NCBI GenBank assembly: GCA_028534125.1
Contig: CM052816.1
Coordinates: 12,774,001-12,838,000 of the forward strand
Direction of reading: 5' to 3'
Source: Lama glama
Taxonomy: Eukaryota
Length of the DNA: 64,000 nucleotides
Part shown: one piece after another, positions 39,765-52,440 of the stretch
Layout of the letters: each line of letters starts with the position of its first letter
Numbering within the stretch: the stretch's first letter is position 1
Translations under genes and position numbers: made by a program
Notes under the pieces: generated by a model
Databases searched by the model: none
What the model saw: the letters and a program-made list of their open reading frames with translations, nothing else
What the model was told of the DNA's origin: nothing

Positions 39765-40490
39765 AAGTGTTTGTAAGTCTGTGAGAAATGAGAACTCCGG
39801 TACACTGCTGGTGGGAGTGTCAAATGGTGCAATCACTTGGCAGAGCAATTTGGCAATTACCTAGTAAGTCTGAAAATGCAAACGCCTACGATGCAGCAGT
39901 TTCACTCCCAGGTACACACCCTAGAAAAACACACGGACATGTACACGGGAAGTCACGCTTGTAACAGAAAAAAGGAAGGGTAGGGAGGAGGGATCGTCAC
40001 TGACAAAGGAGTGCGTGGACTCTGATGTAGTTAAACGCTGGGATACAGTATAGCAGTTAACATAAATAGCTATGTTATTTCTGTATTAAATTGAATAGAT
40101 ACCGCCTTTAGTTTAAAAATACGAATAACAGAATGCCTGATATAAAATAGACCATTTTTATAAAATCTAAAATCACAAGCCATCATAATATAATATTTAG
40201 ATTCTGGCTTCCTAGTAAAATATAAAACATGAATTTCAAGGATACCCACCAGGTTCCAAAGAGAAGCTGTCTCTGGGGAGGCAGAGCAGGAAGGAGGGAT
40301 ATGGAACTCAGGAAGGATACAAGATACTTCAGCTTTCTCTCTATTGCTTTATTTTTCCTGTGTTAAAAACAATTTTAGAAGCACATATGGCTAAATGTTA
40401 GTATTATTTCATTCTGGGTTGAGGACACATGGATGTTTTTATACTATGTGCTTTTCTGTATTAATTGTTTTTCCAGTTTAAAAAAAAACT
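39765..40490 (+). mobile_element. Old L1ME ORF2 end + 3'UTR
   Basis: tacactgctggtgggagtgtcaaatggtgcaatcacttggcagagcaatttggcaa; tttcactcccaggtacacaccctaga; ends in an A-run. Confidence 0.8.
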
Positions 40491-41109
40491 TTAATCACTT
40501 TGGGTCACTCAGTGCAACTGGAATACTGTATTTCCTGAATTTAAGGAACCATGAGCCTACATTTTAAATTGTTTAATACACTGTATTTTATTCAATTACA
40601 GTGTTTATACTGGATGAGTAAACTAGGGGCTTTGGAAAGCTTTCTGTGGAATTTCAGTTTAATTAGATCTCATTTATATGCTTGGTAAATGTAGGCAAAC
40701 TAAAGTTTTAAACATCTGTTTATACAAGGTACACAAACCAGGAGGCATTTTCTTTGATTTGTCCATATTATCCTGTTCAGATGTGAATATTAGCACCAGT
40801 TTACAGTTTTTCCTACGGGGAGATTCAGGGTTAATGTTGCTAGGTAAATGTCACGTGAATCCCATTTTGGAAGAATTTATATACTCGCACAAAGTGCGGA
40901 AATGAGAGAACTCTGGTCTAGAGGGTCTCATTTAAGTATAAACAATATGAAAGCCACTTTTCCTGCTGTGGAGTGGTAGCTCGCTCTCTCTCCTGGGTCC
41001 TGCCCACGCGCATCATCTTGTCTGAGCCCCGGAGCTGATGGGGACAGTTACCTCGGGCTCCTCGTGGAGCTAGAGGGGGACCTGCAGAGGGGACGGAGCA
41101 GGGAATGAG

Positions 41110-41335
41110 CTTCGGCCTTAGACAGACTTGGGTTCAGGCTCTGGCTCTGTCCTTGTCACCTCCTCGTTGTGTGACTTCAAGCAGATGACCGAAGTCCAGC
41201 TGTACGTCAGAGATAATAAGAGCCACCCCCTCACGGGCTGGGTGAGGACCAAGGCGGGATGCCGTGGGTATGGCTCACCCAGAGCTAGGACATGGCACAC
41301 ACAGGGGTGGTTGCCGTTATGTTTACTGCTGTGAT
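41110..41335 (+). mobile_element. MIR SINE
   Basis: agacagacttgggttcaggctctggctctg...tgtgtgacttcaagcagatga...gggctgggtgaggac...tggcacac. Confidence 0.75.
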
Positions 41336-41673
41336 TGGTGTCATCGCCACAATCAGAAGGGCCTAAGTCTCTATTTCCTTTTAGGTGATGCAAAACCATT
41401 TCCACCTAGAAGAGAATTCAACAGCTTGTGCTTCTTGGATACGCCTTGCTGCTTCCTGTGAGGGAGAAAAGGCCAGGAGAGTGGTAGCCTTTCAGAGAAG
41501 ACTAGCGATGAGTCTTACCAGGGTTGTTATTTTCCTTTTATTAGTTTAGTTTGTTTATCTTTTACTTTGTTACTCTTTTAAGATTTTGAGGGGGAGGGGT
41601 TATGTTTTAAGAAAGGAAAAAATACTTTCTTTACTCATCAATTTCGCCTTTTTTTAAAATACATTTACCTATA

Positions 41674-41812
41674 ATTTTATTTTTATTTACTTTTTTTAGG
41701 GGGGAAGTAATTAGGTTCACTTATTTTTGTTTTTAGAGGAGGTAGTGGGGATTGATCCCAGGACCTCATGTATGCTAAGCATGCGCTCTACCACTTGAGC
41801 TGTACCATCCCC
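41674..41812 (-). mobile_element. tRNA-Ala-derived camelid SINE (vic-1 type)
   Basis: Reverse complement: ggggatggtacagctcaagtggtagagcgcatgcttagcatacatgaggtcctgggatcaatcccc...aacctaattacttcccc + A-rich tail. Confidence 0.92.
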
Positions 41813-42629
41813 ACCACTGTCATGGATTTCACTTTCATTTCTCTCTGCCCAGAGTTTCATCCTCCTGACTCTCACTTTCTCCTGCTAATGAATTTATCCC
41901 ATATTTCAATACAAAGGACCATTTCTTTCATTCACACTCCAGGTTGAAGGGCAGTCTGATAGACTAGTCCCTCCTTAGATGTTTGTTGACAATGGCTTAA
42001 GCTCATTATCTTTCCCAGAATAAAGGAAAGAGTTGTATTGTAACAGTGAAACTTCCCCCGTAAAATTTTTAATGGTGAATGTTCTCAAAAAGTCTTCATG
42101 AATTGCTAACCCTGGAGTTTCAGTATTGTGACAGGATGACACAATAGCTCCTTGTCTGCCCAAAGCCCTAATTACTCACCATTCAGGTGATGCCATACAG
42201 ATGCCACACTCTTCTGTCTACTTAAGATTGAACTTGAATCTTGCTTGGACCCAGGATAATATGCAAGTCATCGCCTGTCCTACTCAAGGCAATGGCAGAC
42301 CTCACTAACCGACCACAGCACTCTTTCTGGCAGAGTCTGATTGTGACCGACAGTCCTACCCGATATAGCACTGTGGGTAGCAATTAGCCATCTTTGCCTA
42401 TAAGGAAAATGAGAGCTATTTGCCCTCACTGACTTAAAATGTAGTTGTTGCTTTTCCAGTTATAGGAAAGTGAAATGAAATGTGGCTCATTTAAAAGAAA
42501 GTTAGAAAGAAATAAAAGGGAAATGAAGGGTTCTGCTTTGGTTTTATCTAGCACCCCCAAACATTTAGGAATACAGAAGGAGCTTAAATGTGAAAGGAAA
42601 TAATGCTGTCATACAGAAGTTGTAAATAC

Positions 42630-42630
<1 letters not shown>

Positions 42631-42660
<30 letters not shown>
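42631..42660. repeat. (TA)3(TG)12 microsatellite
   Basis: Direct read. Confidence 0.95.
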
Positions 42661-42661
<1 letters not shown>

Positions 42662-42736
42662 ATGAAATAATGGGTGTTTAATGATTAAGATAGTGAGAAT
42701 GAGGATTATTTTTGTTTAAAAAGAAGCAGAAAATGG

Positions 42737-42916
42737 AGCGGGGAGGGAATAGCTCCAGTGGTAGAGCACATGCTTAGCGTGCACGAGGCCCTGGATTCAA
42801 TCTCTAGCATCTCCATCAAAAAAAGAATTAAATAAGGAAACCTAATAACCTCCAACCAACCCCCTTCAAAACTAAACTAATCAAAAACCTTATTAAAAAT
42901 AAGTTTAAAAAAAAAA
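42737..42916 (+). mobile_element. tRNA-Ala-derived camelid SINE (vic-1 type)
   Basis: ggggagggaatagctccagtggtagagcacatgcttagcgtgcacgaggccctggattcaatc; long A-rich tail; TSD core CAGAAAATGG at 42727-36 and 42917-26. Confidence 0.93.
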
Positions 42917-43149
42917 CAGAAAATGGTAAAACCATTTGCTTTTCCCAGGGAGCTCCTACTATGTTTTAGGTTGATTTTAAGCTAGAAATAGAAAACTATG
43001 CCTAACATGATGTCATGCTGCATTTATTTCTGGCCTGATGGTTGGTCCATCAAGTGACACTCTCATGATGCCGTCTTGGACAGAATGAACTTGTGGAATA
43101 GGTTTAGAGCCCGGCTAGGCAGATATAGACATGGCTGAATGACGTCATG

Positions 43150-43430
43150 ATGACTGCATGTGGAAGGTGAGGACCAAAGAAGGAATTCGAGATGATCTTG
43201 AAGTTTTGAGTCTTGGTATCTTAGAGAAAACAGTGAATTTTAATAGACACAGGAAGTCAGGAGGAGAAAATTGCTGTTCTAGGGGATAGAGAAAGAGTTT
43301 ATATTTAGACTTATTAGGTTAAGAGACTTGAAAATGGAGAATCTCTGGTGGGTGTTTGGTGTTACGGGCCTGGCCACTGAAACCCTGGCGATAAAAATTT
43401 TGAAATCATTGTCCTTGAGCGGATGGTGAG
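43150..43430 (-). mobile_element. L2 fragment
   Basis: gaaggaattcgagatgatcttgaagttttgagtcttgg...caggaagtcaggaggagaa. Confidence 0.6.
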
Positions 43431-44377
43431 AAGGAATGTTGACCCATTTCAACTTCATTTATTATCTGAAAGATATTTTGAAGGGTGCCAGAAATTGAAA
43501 ACAGCAGATCTGGCTCTTGGCTGGGATTCTGAAGAAATCCGAGAGTGGCAGCTACAGAGCTGATGGGGGAGGGGAGGCAAGTGACACGTGGGAATCTAGT
43601 TGTAAGGTGGGGTCATAAGCTTGCGACTGAAACAAGAGATGTTAATTTTTAAAGTGGGAGAGGGCAATGATTATGGAAGGGCTTCTAAGGAGCCGCCGCT
43701 GTCTTGTGCACTGATCAGTAGAAAGGAGTTTCTTTTAAACAGTTCAAACCATTCAGGCTCCACTAGAACTGTAAATATTTCTGCGTAAACACATAAAATC
43801 AACAAGTCACTGAAAGAAACGATCAGAGCGTAACTTGATACTAGGTAATATATAAAATCCTTGATAAAGTCAGTTCAACCAGCTCAAAATTTTCTTGAAT
43901 TTTTCAGTTATGTTGACAATACTAGTTGGCAAATAAAGATGTGTTTATTTTAAAGGAAAGGTGGCATACCTTGACCGGTGTTCCTTGGAGACACCAATAC
44001 TTACCAAGGACATGCAGCAAAAATGGCACTGAGGACACATGTAGATCCGTGAGATTCATCCTGAGCCCCTTGAGCGTTGTTCTCGTCTAAACCAGGTGAT
44101 CCCAGCACAATGCAAGTCACTGACCCTCTCAGCTACATGGGATTTGAATGTTAAAGAGATGCTTGCTCACTGGTGACTCATGCTCAGTGCAGAACATATT
44201 AAATGGACTTTCCTCCTTAACATTTTAGATCCCAGCTCTGATTATACAAGTGACAACAGTGATTTCAATTAATTCAACCTATGGTAAGATACATTTTGAC
44301 TTGTGACCCAGAGCGTGTCCATGAATGTGCATGCCCACGCTTGAATTGTAACCCAAGTTTTTTATGAAGCTCTTCTT

Positions 44378-45180
44378 TTTATTGCAGTATAGTTGGTTTC
44401 CAACGTTGTGTTAATTTCTGGTGTACACCATAGTGATTCATAGTGATTTTTCATGTTCTTTTTCATTACAGGCTATTACAAGGTATTGAATATAGTTCCC
44501 TGTGCTGTACAGTAGGACCTTGTTGTTTATCTATTTTGTATATAGTGTTGGTATCTGCAAATCCCAAACTCCCACTTTATCCCTCTACCACCCTACCTTT
44601 CCCCCATTAACTATAAGTTTGTTTTCTATGTCTGTGTGTTTGTTTGTTTTATAAATAAGTTCATTTGTGTCATTGTTTTAGACTCCACATATCAGTGATA
44701 GCATGTGGTATTTTTCTTTCTCTTTCTGGCTTACTTCATTTAGTGTGACAATCACAGGTCCATCCATGTTGCTGCGAATGGCGTTATTTTATTCTTTTTT
44801 ATGGCTGAGTAGTGTTCCATTATATATACACACACACACATTTGCATACATACATACGCACATATATACATATATACACACACACACATGCATACACACA
44901 CCATACCTTTACCCAGTCATCTGTCGATGGACATTTACGTTGTTTCCATGTCTTGGCTATTGTAAACAGTGCTGCTACGAACATTGGGGTGCGTGTATCT
45001 TTTCAAATTAGAGTTTCCTCCAAATAAATGCCCAGGAGTGGGATTGCTGGATTATACAGTAAGTCTATTTTCAGGTTTTTAAGGAATCTCCATACTGTTC
45101 TCCATAGTGGCTGCAGCAAATTATATTCCCACCAGCAGCGTAGGAGGGTTCCCTTTTCTCCACAGCCTCCCCAGCATTTA
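44378..45180 (-). mobile_element. LINE-1 3' end, 5'-truncated, with TSD
   Basis: ORF 45003-45206 contains [45 protein letters not shown] (L1 ORF2p Cys-rich domain); TSD TATGAAGCTCTTCTT (44363-77)/TATGAAGCAATTCTT (45181-95). Confidence 0.96.
44821..44901. repeat. Compound (TA/CA) microsatellite inside the L1
   Basis: tatatatacacacacacacatttgcatacatacatacgcacatatatacatatatacacacacacacatgcatacacaca. Confidence 0.9.
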
Positions 45181-45679
45181 TATGAAGCAATTCTTAACTT
45201 CACCATCTGTGCTGCACTTTCATGTTTTCTACTCTATTTCCTTTTCTGAAATTCATCATGACTCTCTACATTGATTTCATAACCCACAAATAAATCACGA
45301 CTCAGAGTTTGCAAAACAGTGAGCTGCACAGTGGTCTCTCTTACGTACGGTCTTTTTCAGTCTCCGTTTTTGTTAATGTCTGACGTGCCCTGAGAACTAA
45401 CAGCCAACCCTGCTTCTTAGTCTCAGCGTATGAGAAACTGTATCGTCCCCACAACTGTAATGATCTATTGCACTAAGTGGATACCAGCTTGACAATAGTG
45501 GTCTTATGTTTATTTGCATTTTTCTTTGTATTTAAGGTGATATTCTTACCACAGTGGAGTTAGGGCGAATGACTGAAAAACAGGAGAAATCTGTTGACCT
45601 ACAGGTGATTTAGTGGTAACGGTGATTTAGCGATTACCAAACCATAACAGAACTATATTGGTAAAAGCACTCCGATCCC

Positions 45680-46085
45680 ATGCCCCCATCCATCACCTGA
45701 TTTCATGACCATGACCCGGACCTGGCGCCGAGCACAGTCTAACTCTTTGGTCAGTGTTTGGCTCAGAAATAGCCTCTTAGCCCAGTCAAGTTCATTAGAC
45801 CCAGTCTGGGGGCTTTTAGTAGAGCTGTGAGGAAGGAGAAGTTCTCTTTCCAGCTAAGATCCCCTAAAAGTGAGATAGAAGTCAAGATCCACTGCAGCCA
45901 TTTCTGCCACCAAAAGGGAAAAACCTGCCTGAGGATGGAAGTGACACCAAAGCAAACAGAGCTAAGAACTGCAAAACCTGCGAATGAGCCCTAAGTACGG
46001 CAGCTGAGCCCCAGTTTCTGGTTGTACCCGAAGGTTGCAAGGTCTCAGTGAGTGTCTGCCATTTATAATCAAGTGTCCTGATTAA
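45680..46085 (+). mobile_element. Old MaLR LTR (MLT1J/K-like)
   Basis: ctgcagccatttctgccacc...cctgcctgaggatggaagtgacacc...tctgccatttataatcaagtgtcctgatta. Confidence 0.55.
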
Positions 46086-46703
46086 GAAGAACTAGAGCAG
46101 AGAAGAAAAATTGGCATATGTATATTTGAATAGTGGCATTATAGGTGATTTTTATTCTCTCTTTTTTTAATAATGTAGGTATTGATTATTTTTATAATCA
46201 GAGGGTTAAAATTACAAGGTGGCATTCCTCCAAATGCTCTTTGGAAAGCTGGATGACTGAGTCAATCTTATCTGGAGATAATATTCAAGATACCACCCAA
46301 ATTCTGTAATTATAAAATGCAGAGTTGCAATCATTTGAGTTTTATCATTTCATCATGCAGATTTTCCCTCCTTAGCTCCATTATCTGTTTTCATGCGCTA
46401 AAATCAATGTCAGAACTTTTGTTACCTCCCAGAATGCATTTTCCAGAGAACGCTTTCCTGAATGATGTGGAGAAATGCAAATAAAAGCACTAGGGGGAAC
46501 TATTAATGTGTCCAGCGCACAGGAACTTGGGGGAAAATGTCTTCAGTCAGACATGCTCCTGGGAATACAGAGGGAGCACATTTTGCAGTAGCTCCAGGTT
46601 TCCCTCCATTGGAGGAGCGTGGGGTAGAGAAGAATGCTGGGGAAGGACAACCGCCAGTGTTTGCATAGGCATTTTCCTGTGCTTGCGCCACATATGCTTT
46701 TAG

Positions 46704-47072
46704 CTTTTTACTTTGAAATTATGGATTCACATACAAGAAATAATACACAGAGTGATCACGTACCCCTTTGTGTAGTCTCCCCCAGCAGTAACTCTTGTGT
46801 TAATTATGCAGCCCCACAACTAGGAAACTGACATCCATCAACCTTATTTTGATTTCTCCAGTTTCACATGCACTTGTGTGCATGCGTGTGTGTATGTAGT
46901 GCTATGCAGTTCTATCACATGTGTAGATTATTGCAGCCACAACTACAAGCAAGATACAGAAGTGTTCCATCACCACAAGGATCTTTTTATAACCACACCC
47001 ACCTACCACACATCCCCCGACCCGTGACAACTACGAGTCTGTTCTCTATCTTGATAATTTTGTCATCTGAAG
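46704..47072 (-). mobile_element. L1MC/L1MD-type 3' end fragment
   Basis: caagaaataatacacagag...gtaccctt; cacaactaggaaactgacat; gatacagaagtgttccatcaccacaaggatc; possible degenerate TSD catatgcttttag/catatttttag. Confidence 0.8.
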
Positions 47073-47249
47073 CATATTTTTAGTACATGTGTCTCATATT
47101 CTGGAAATATCTAGAATACTTGAATGTGCGGTTTAGGAGGACTCTTAACATCCTGGTAGTTCTCCCTCTTTACTTAGAGAAACCTTTTGATCACCATCTA
47201 CGCAGCCTGTTAATGATTTTTTTTTTTTCAAAAAATGGGGAAGTGGTGG

Positions 47250-47410
47250 AGTTCACAGTAAAGACCATAGTAAGTCACATGGTGGCTCTGCTGTGTCCTA
47301 ACCGCGGGATCTCTGAAACTTCACCGCCTCATGTGTAAAATGGGGTTAGTCGTGGCAATTATCTCATAGAGCGGTTTGACGTTTAAATGAAACAGTGCAA
47401 GTCAAATGCA
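47250..47410 (+). mobile_element. MIR SINE
   Basis: tctctgaaacttcaccgcctcatgtgtaaaatggggttag...tctcatagagcgg...ttaaatgaaa. Confidence 0.6.
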
Positions 47411-48269
47411 GCATCAGCTAGCAGAAGGGAGAACCCACTACTGCGTCACCTCAGACAGTTTATCTCAGCCACGCAACCAGAATTTGTTGGAATTCTTCTC
47501 TCCCAAATCCTACTCAGTGGCTTAATTTAAACAGAATAAATTGGGCCCCTGTTCCTACTGACAGCTTTTTGGCTCCTTGAAGCCAGCTTCTATGCTTCTC
47601 CCTTCTCCAGCCTCCACTTTGCTTTGCTGACCCCCGTGTGGTTGCTGGAGGATGGAACTAGGTCTATTTGTTTACCATCATGTCTTCATCTCCGGACACA
47701 GTGCCTTGCTCACAGTCCAGGCTCAACAATATTTTAAAGGAGGACATGCTTTGTCTTCATGGTTGCCCTGTTCCTGACTCTCTCCATTTGGTCAATTTCC
47801 CTTCTTATTAAATAATCGTATCGAAAAATTGTATTTACTAATCTTCCCATATAGAAAAAAAGTGAAACACACAAAAAGTATTTCATTTCTAAGCTCCAAC
47901 AACAAATGTATGGTGTTATTCTGAACCTAAGAACAAGAAATAGACTTATGTACAAACTTCTGGAACTGAAGTGACTCCATAACAGAGGTGATTCTGTATT
48001 TCTGGGTAGGTTTCTAATCATCCTTATTAAGTCTCAGCTAGCTTTTTTGGCTGGCTGGTTGGTAACCTAAACCACTAGGCCTTGCCATAGGAGTAGCCAC
48101 CAAAGCACCAGATGTTTCTTCCTTGTTGGTTAGAATTAAATCCAAACAAGCAGTGTGCCTTCTTGCTTCCTCTACTTTGGGAGAAAAGAAATTGCCATCA
48201 AACCAAGTCCAGGACTGTCAGATGATCTGCTTCCAAACAAACAAGACTCCCAGCCTGAGCTTGGAAAAT

Positions 48270-48875
48270 TGATTGCATCTCTTTTCCCCATCTTCACTAC
48301 CATTTCCCTAGGTCAGGTCATTATCATCTCAGCTGAAAAATTGGCAACAGCCTCCTAACTTGTCTCCAGGTTCCTGTTCTTGCCTGATTTTTAGGCTGTT
48401 CTTCACACTGCAGCATGGTCTTCACTTCTGCAAGGCATGGTCTTGCAGAAGCCACAATTCCATCCTGTTCTTTCTTCCTGTGACCTGCCTGATCTCTCAC
48501 ATCTTCATCACCCCTCAGTCACTATGCTCTATCATTTAAGCATCTTCTAATGCCTTAGTGAGTTTATCACTCCTTGATTTTTGAGGATATACCCTCTGCC
48601 TGGAATAATTTTCATCCAACTCTAACTTGTTCATAAGCTTAGACAGTACTGACCCACAAGATCTTTCCTGACCCCAAGTCAAGGCCAGATAGCTCTTCTC
48701 GGGGCATTTGGACTTCTCCCCATTACAACACTCATGCTGCATTACAATCCCTCGTTTTCTCACTGAAGAAGGGGTAGCGTGGAGGGTAGGAAAGGACTGT
48801 ATTTGCATATATGCTGTGTAGCGTAGCATGGGGTTTATAAGAAGGCTTCATCTTTGAAAACTGAAGGAATGAATT
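48270..48875 (+). mobile_element. L2 3' fragment
   Basis: ggtcaggtcattatcatctc...gcaacagcctcctaacttgtctcc; cttcacactgcagc; ccctctgcctggaat; terminal tgaaggaatgaat. Confidence 0.7.
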
Positions 48876-49689
48876 GTCAAAATACTCTGATTATTGTTTT
48901 TATATGATGAGTGAGGTAGATGTGGGTAGGGGGGAGTTTGATGTAATTCTATAATAGTCTAAAAAGAATTGTTCCCATTCTGACTCTCCTTCATAAGTGT
49001 ACATTATGCTTCAAATTCTAGTTCCCAAACTAGTTCTAAGAATCCTTTCTGTCACACAAACAATTTGAATATAGGGCCAACAATTTCTGCATGCCTTGCG
49101 GGCTTTCCTTATATGCAGCAAGAGCTATGCGTTATCTGCCCTCTTTCCACTCCAATTATAGACTTTCTGTGGTAGGCAGCTGGCTGTTTGAACTCTCTCC
49201 TCCTATGTCATGAGGATCCAAGGGGTTCTGCGTTTGTGATTAGCAAGAGGAATTGTGCCTTAAAACGTACATCACTCCCAAATGGAATTGGGACATTAAA
49301 TGTTTCATTTATTTTGTAGTAAAAGCATTTTTTTCCAACAAGGAGTGATTGCCATCCAACTCATTCTAGGTCTCTATTTATATTTCCCTTGAGCAGGAAG
49401 CTTCTGTTTGCATTTTGATTACTTTTCTTTGATGGTGTACAAAGTACCATGACGTGAAATGAAACACTTTTTTAAAGTCTCATTTGCAGCTTACATTGTT
49501 AGCAAAATTTCACATCCTCTTAGAAATGAGTTGAAATGCCTCATCATCACCTTATTGAGGCTCTTATTTTTTCCTGAGTAAAGAACATCAGTGAAAAGAA
49601 GTCCCAACAATTTCTCATTTCTGTTATCTCTGGCAGTTTATGGGTCAAATGATAGAAAATTTGCAGATACACATGCACACATACATCAC

Positions 49690-50145
49690 ACACACACAAG
49701 GATATTTACTACAACATTATTTGAAATGGCAAAGAACTGAAAACGAGATTGTCCACTTAAAATGGTTGAATATATTTCAGTGCTTCTATACTATAGGATA
49801 TCAGTAGCCATTAAAAAAATCAAGTTCGACTCATATCCATAATCCATGACTTATTGTTAAGTGAAAAAAATAAACCTTCAGAATCATGCATATAATACAA
49901 TTCCTTCTGAAGGCAGCATGGGAAGATGGGGAAATTCTGTGTCTATGGAGAGAGAGAGGGAAAGAGATGTGTATATAGTTTTGAGAACATTGATAAAAGG
50001 CAGGAATGTCCTAAGCTATTAACACTGGTTATTCAGATGGTACGACTAGAAAATAGGTATTTATTTATATATCTTTGGACCATTTCATTTCTGACAAACA
50101 ACTTGATTCCTTTTTGAAATTAAAGAAAACTATTGAAAATAAATG
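49690..50145 (+). mobile_element. Old L1ME 3' fragment
   Basis: caaggatatttactacaacattatttgaaatggcaaagaactgaaa; attgttaagtgaaaaaaa. Confidence 0.7.
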
Positions 50146-51120
50146 ATCAGAAAAGAGTAAAATGAAGAGAAGCCATGATAAATCAGGGCTTAGCAATCTG
50201 TTATTCTGCATGCTATCTGTAGGGTAGGAGAGCCGTGGTCCACGCCAGGGACTAAGACACAGGCAATGAGAGAGGAGGAGGAGCAAAGAGGAGAAGGGAA
50301 GATGTGGAAGAGAATGTTAAAGAACAGCAAAGACCTCCCTGAGGTTTCCCATCTGCTGAGAACGCCAGCCCTGCATTTGATTAACACGTGCTGAACACAT
50401 ACTTGGTTCAAGGCGCCATGGGGCGCTGGGAAGAGGACTGAACACACACACAGCGCCCCCCTTCCCCCGTCTGTAAATGCTAGTGCGGAGATGGGGCTCC
50501 GAATGGAGTAGGAGTGTGGGCACTGGTCCAAATTGTCATGGGAGCAAGGAAGCATTTAAAAACCATTTTATTATGGACCAAGGGAGAAAAGAAGAAGAAG
50601 AAATCTGTCTTGAGTAAACTGCCAAGACCTTTCCTAGTTTTTAACTAGGATTTTTTAATCTGGAAGATTAATTGTCAACCTCCTTTCTGAAACAGGTAGA
50701 ATGCTTACCATAAATCAGATTGTAGGGGTGCCAGGAGAAGAAAAAGTTGACATAGCCACTGCACAGTAAGTTTGAGAAATATGTTTGTAAAAAGTGTATC
50801 AAGAAGCCATGATAATTATAAAAACATAAAATAGGGCTGTTTGTTGTCTCAGTAGCATTCTGTATTTCAACTAGGGTAGTGAACACATGGGTGCTTCTTG
50901 TATTATTATTTCTTAAACTATGCATACACATTTCAAATATTCTTTGTAACATCATACATATGGAAAAGGAAACAATAATGGTAAATTATTTTTGAGAAGA
51001 AGTTAGCATTTCCATATTGTACCAGTTGACTTCATATATCTAAACTTCTTGATGATATCTGGTTAAATTATGCTGTTTCTATGCACAATACTTTGTTTAG
51101 GCAAAGGAAGTGTGATTTTT

Positions 51121-51239
51121 CTTAGTGGGGAGGGGAGTAATTAGTTTTATTTATTTATTTAATGGAGGTACTGGGGATTGAACCTAGGACCTCAAGCATG
51201 CAAGGCATGCGCTCTACCACTGAGCTATATACCCTCCCC
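51121..51239 (-). mobile_element. tRNA-Ala-derived camelid SINE (vic-1 type) with perfect TSD
   Basis: Reverse complement ggggagggtatatagctcagtggtagagcgcatgccttgcatgcttgaggtcctaggttcaatccccagtacctcca; perfect 13-bp TSD AAGTGTGATTTTT (51108-20, 51240-52); TT/AAAA L1-endonuclease site. Confidence 0.96.
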
Positions 51240-52259
51240 AAGTGTGATTTTTAAATGAAGTCTCTTGGAAATTTTAAACAAAAAGCAAACATTTAACATT
51301 AAAATAAACTGTCACATCATGAATCCTCCAATATTTATATATTAAGAATATTTTGCTCGAACTTAGGCAATGACAAGACAAATGGTGACTCCCCTAACAA
51401 TGTCAAAAAGTTTTGAATAGTCAGCACCTTAGCAAGTCCTAAGTGTTTCTGTTTTCTTTTGGAGAGGGGAAGGAGTGGCAAAGAAAGGTTCCTGGAAGCA
51501 GTGACCAGCTTCCCCTTGAGAGGTATTGAATGCTGGCCCCTCAAAATACATAAAACACAACCTGTTGACAAAGCTAAGTTTATTGCTTGGCGCAGTGAGG
51601 GAAGACAGCCCTCCACAGAACTTTGATAGCATCTCAGTGAAAGAAGGACCAAGATGAGATAATTACTAAGATCTTCAAGTCTGGTTTAAGGTAGATCTTT
51701 CAACATAGGGGGTTAGCTAGGACTGGGTGTGTATCACCATAAAGTAGCTTAGGAGTTTCAGAAGTGAAAATCTTGAGACAAGGATTTCAAAGAGTCTTGG
51801 GATGTAAACTGTTGTTTGGTGCTTTGTATTCAAGAATTGATGAATCCTTCAGTTCCTGGTGTGAACAATAGTGTTGTAACTTTTTCTTCTGGGAAAGAGC
51901 CACGTGGAATAGTAAACTATGTTGATGAAGACAATGGGGTAATGAAGTCATGTTAATCGTTATGGACAGTAAGCTGTGTGATTGATTTCCTGTCGTAGTG
52001 AGTGGAGGGTCAGAGGCAGCAGCAAAGATGCACCCATCCTTACACCCACATGTCTAAATACTTGCTATCGTGTAGCCAGTGTCTTCATAGTCTGGGTCAC
52101 TAAAGCCAAGAGGAGGTTGAAGCTGACCTGTCATTGGTAGTCAGTGGGTGTCTTGTGCTCTGACCCTTTCTCTGGAGCTCAGTCTGGTCCTTGCTTCAAT
52201 AATTCAAGGGCTGTGCTCAATCATCCTGGTGCTTTCATTCCCTGACCATAGACAGGTAG

Positions 52260-52440
52260 GAGATAGTGTGGATAAGGGCAAGGACTCTAGAAGCAGATGA
52301 CGTAGGTTCAAATCCCATCTCTACTACTTAGCAGCTGTGTGACCTTATGTCAGCTGCTTGACTTCCCAATGCCCCGGTTTTCTTATTTCAGTAATAGGCA
52401 TAAGAATGAAACCAAGCTTGCTGAGGTAGCTAAAACCACG
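52260..52440 (+). mobile_element. MIR SINE
   Basis: ggactctagaagcaga...ggttcaaatcccatctctactacttagcagctgtgtgacctt...ccccggttttcttatt. Confidence 0.85.

Larger units (their letters stand above)
44257..45321. mobile_element. hAT-Charlie-type DNA transposon relic split by the L1 insertion (arms about 44257-44377 and 45181-45321)
   Basis: Left cagtgatttcaa and right ttgatttcataacccac...cacgactcagagtttgcaaaacagtg resemble Charlie termini. Confidence 0.55.

Noticed and set aside
40980..41340. Mild CpG enrichment
   Set aside because: Lower density than the 58-kb patch, mostly within a MIR, and no strong promoter motifs
45003..45206. ORF with clear protein similarity (also 2380-2586 and 54617-54829)
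   Set aside because: Fragments of L1 or CR1 ORF2 inside truncated retroelements, not host genes
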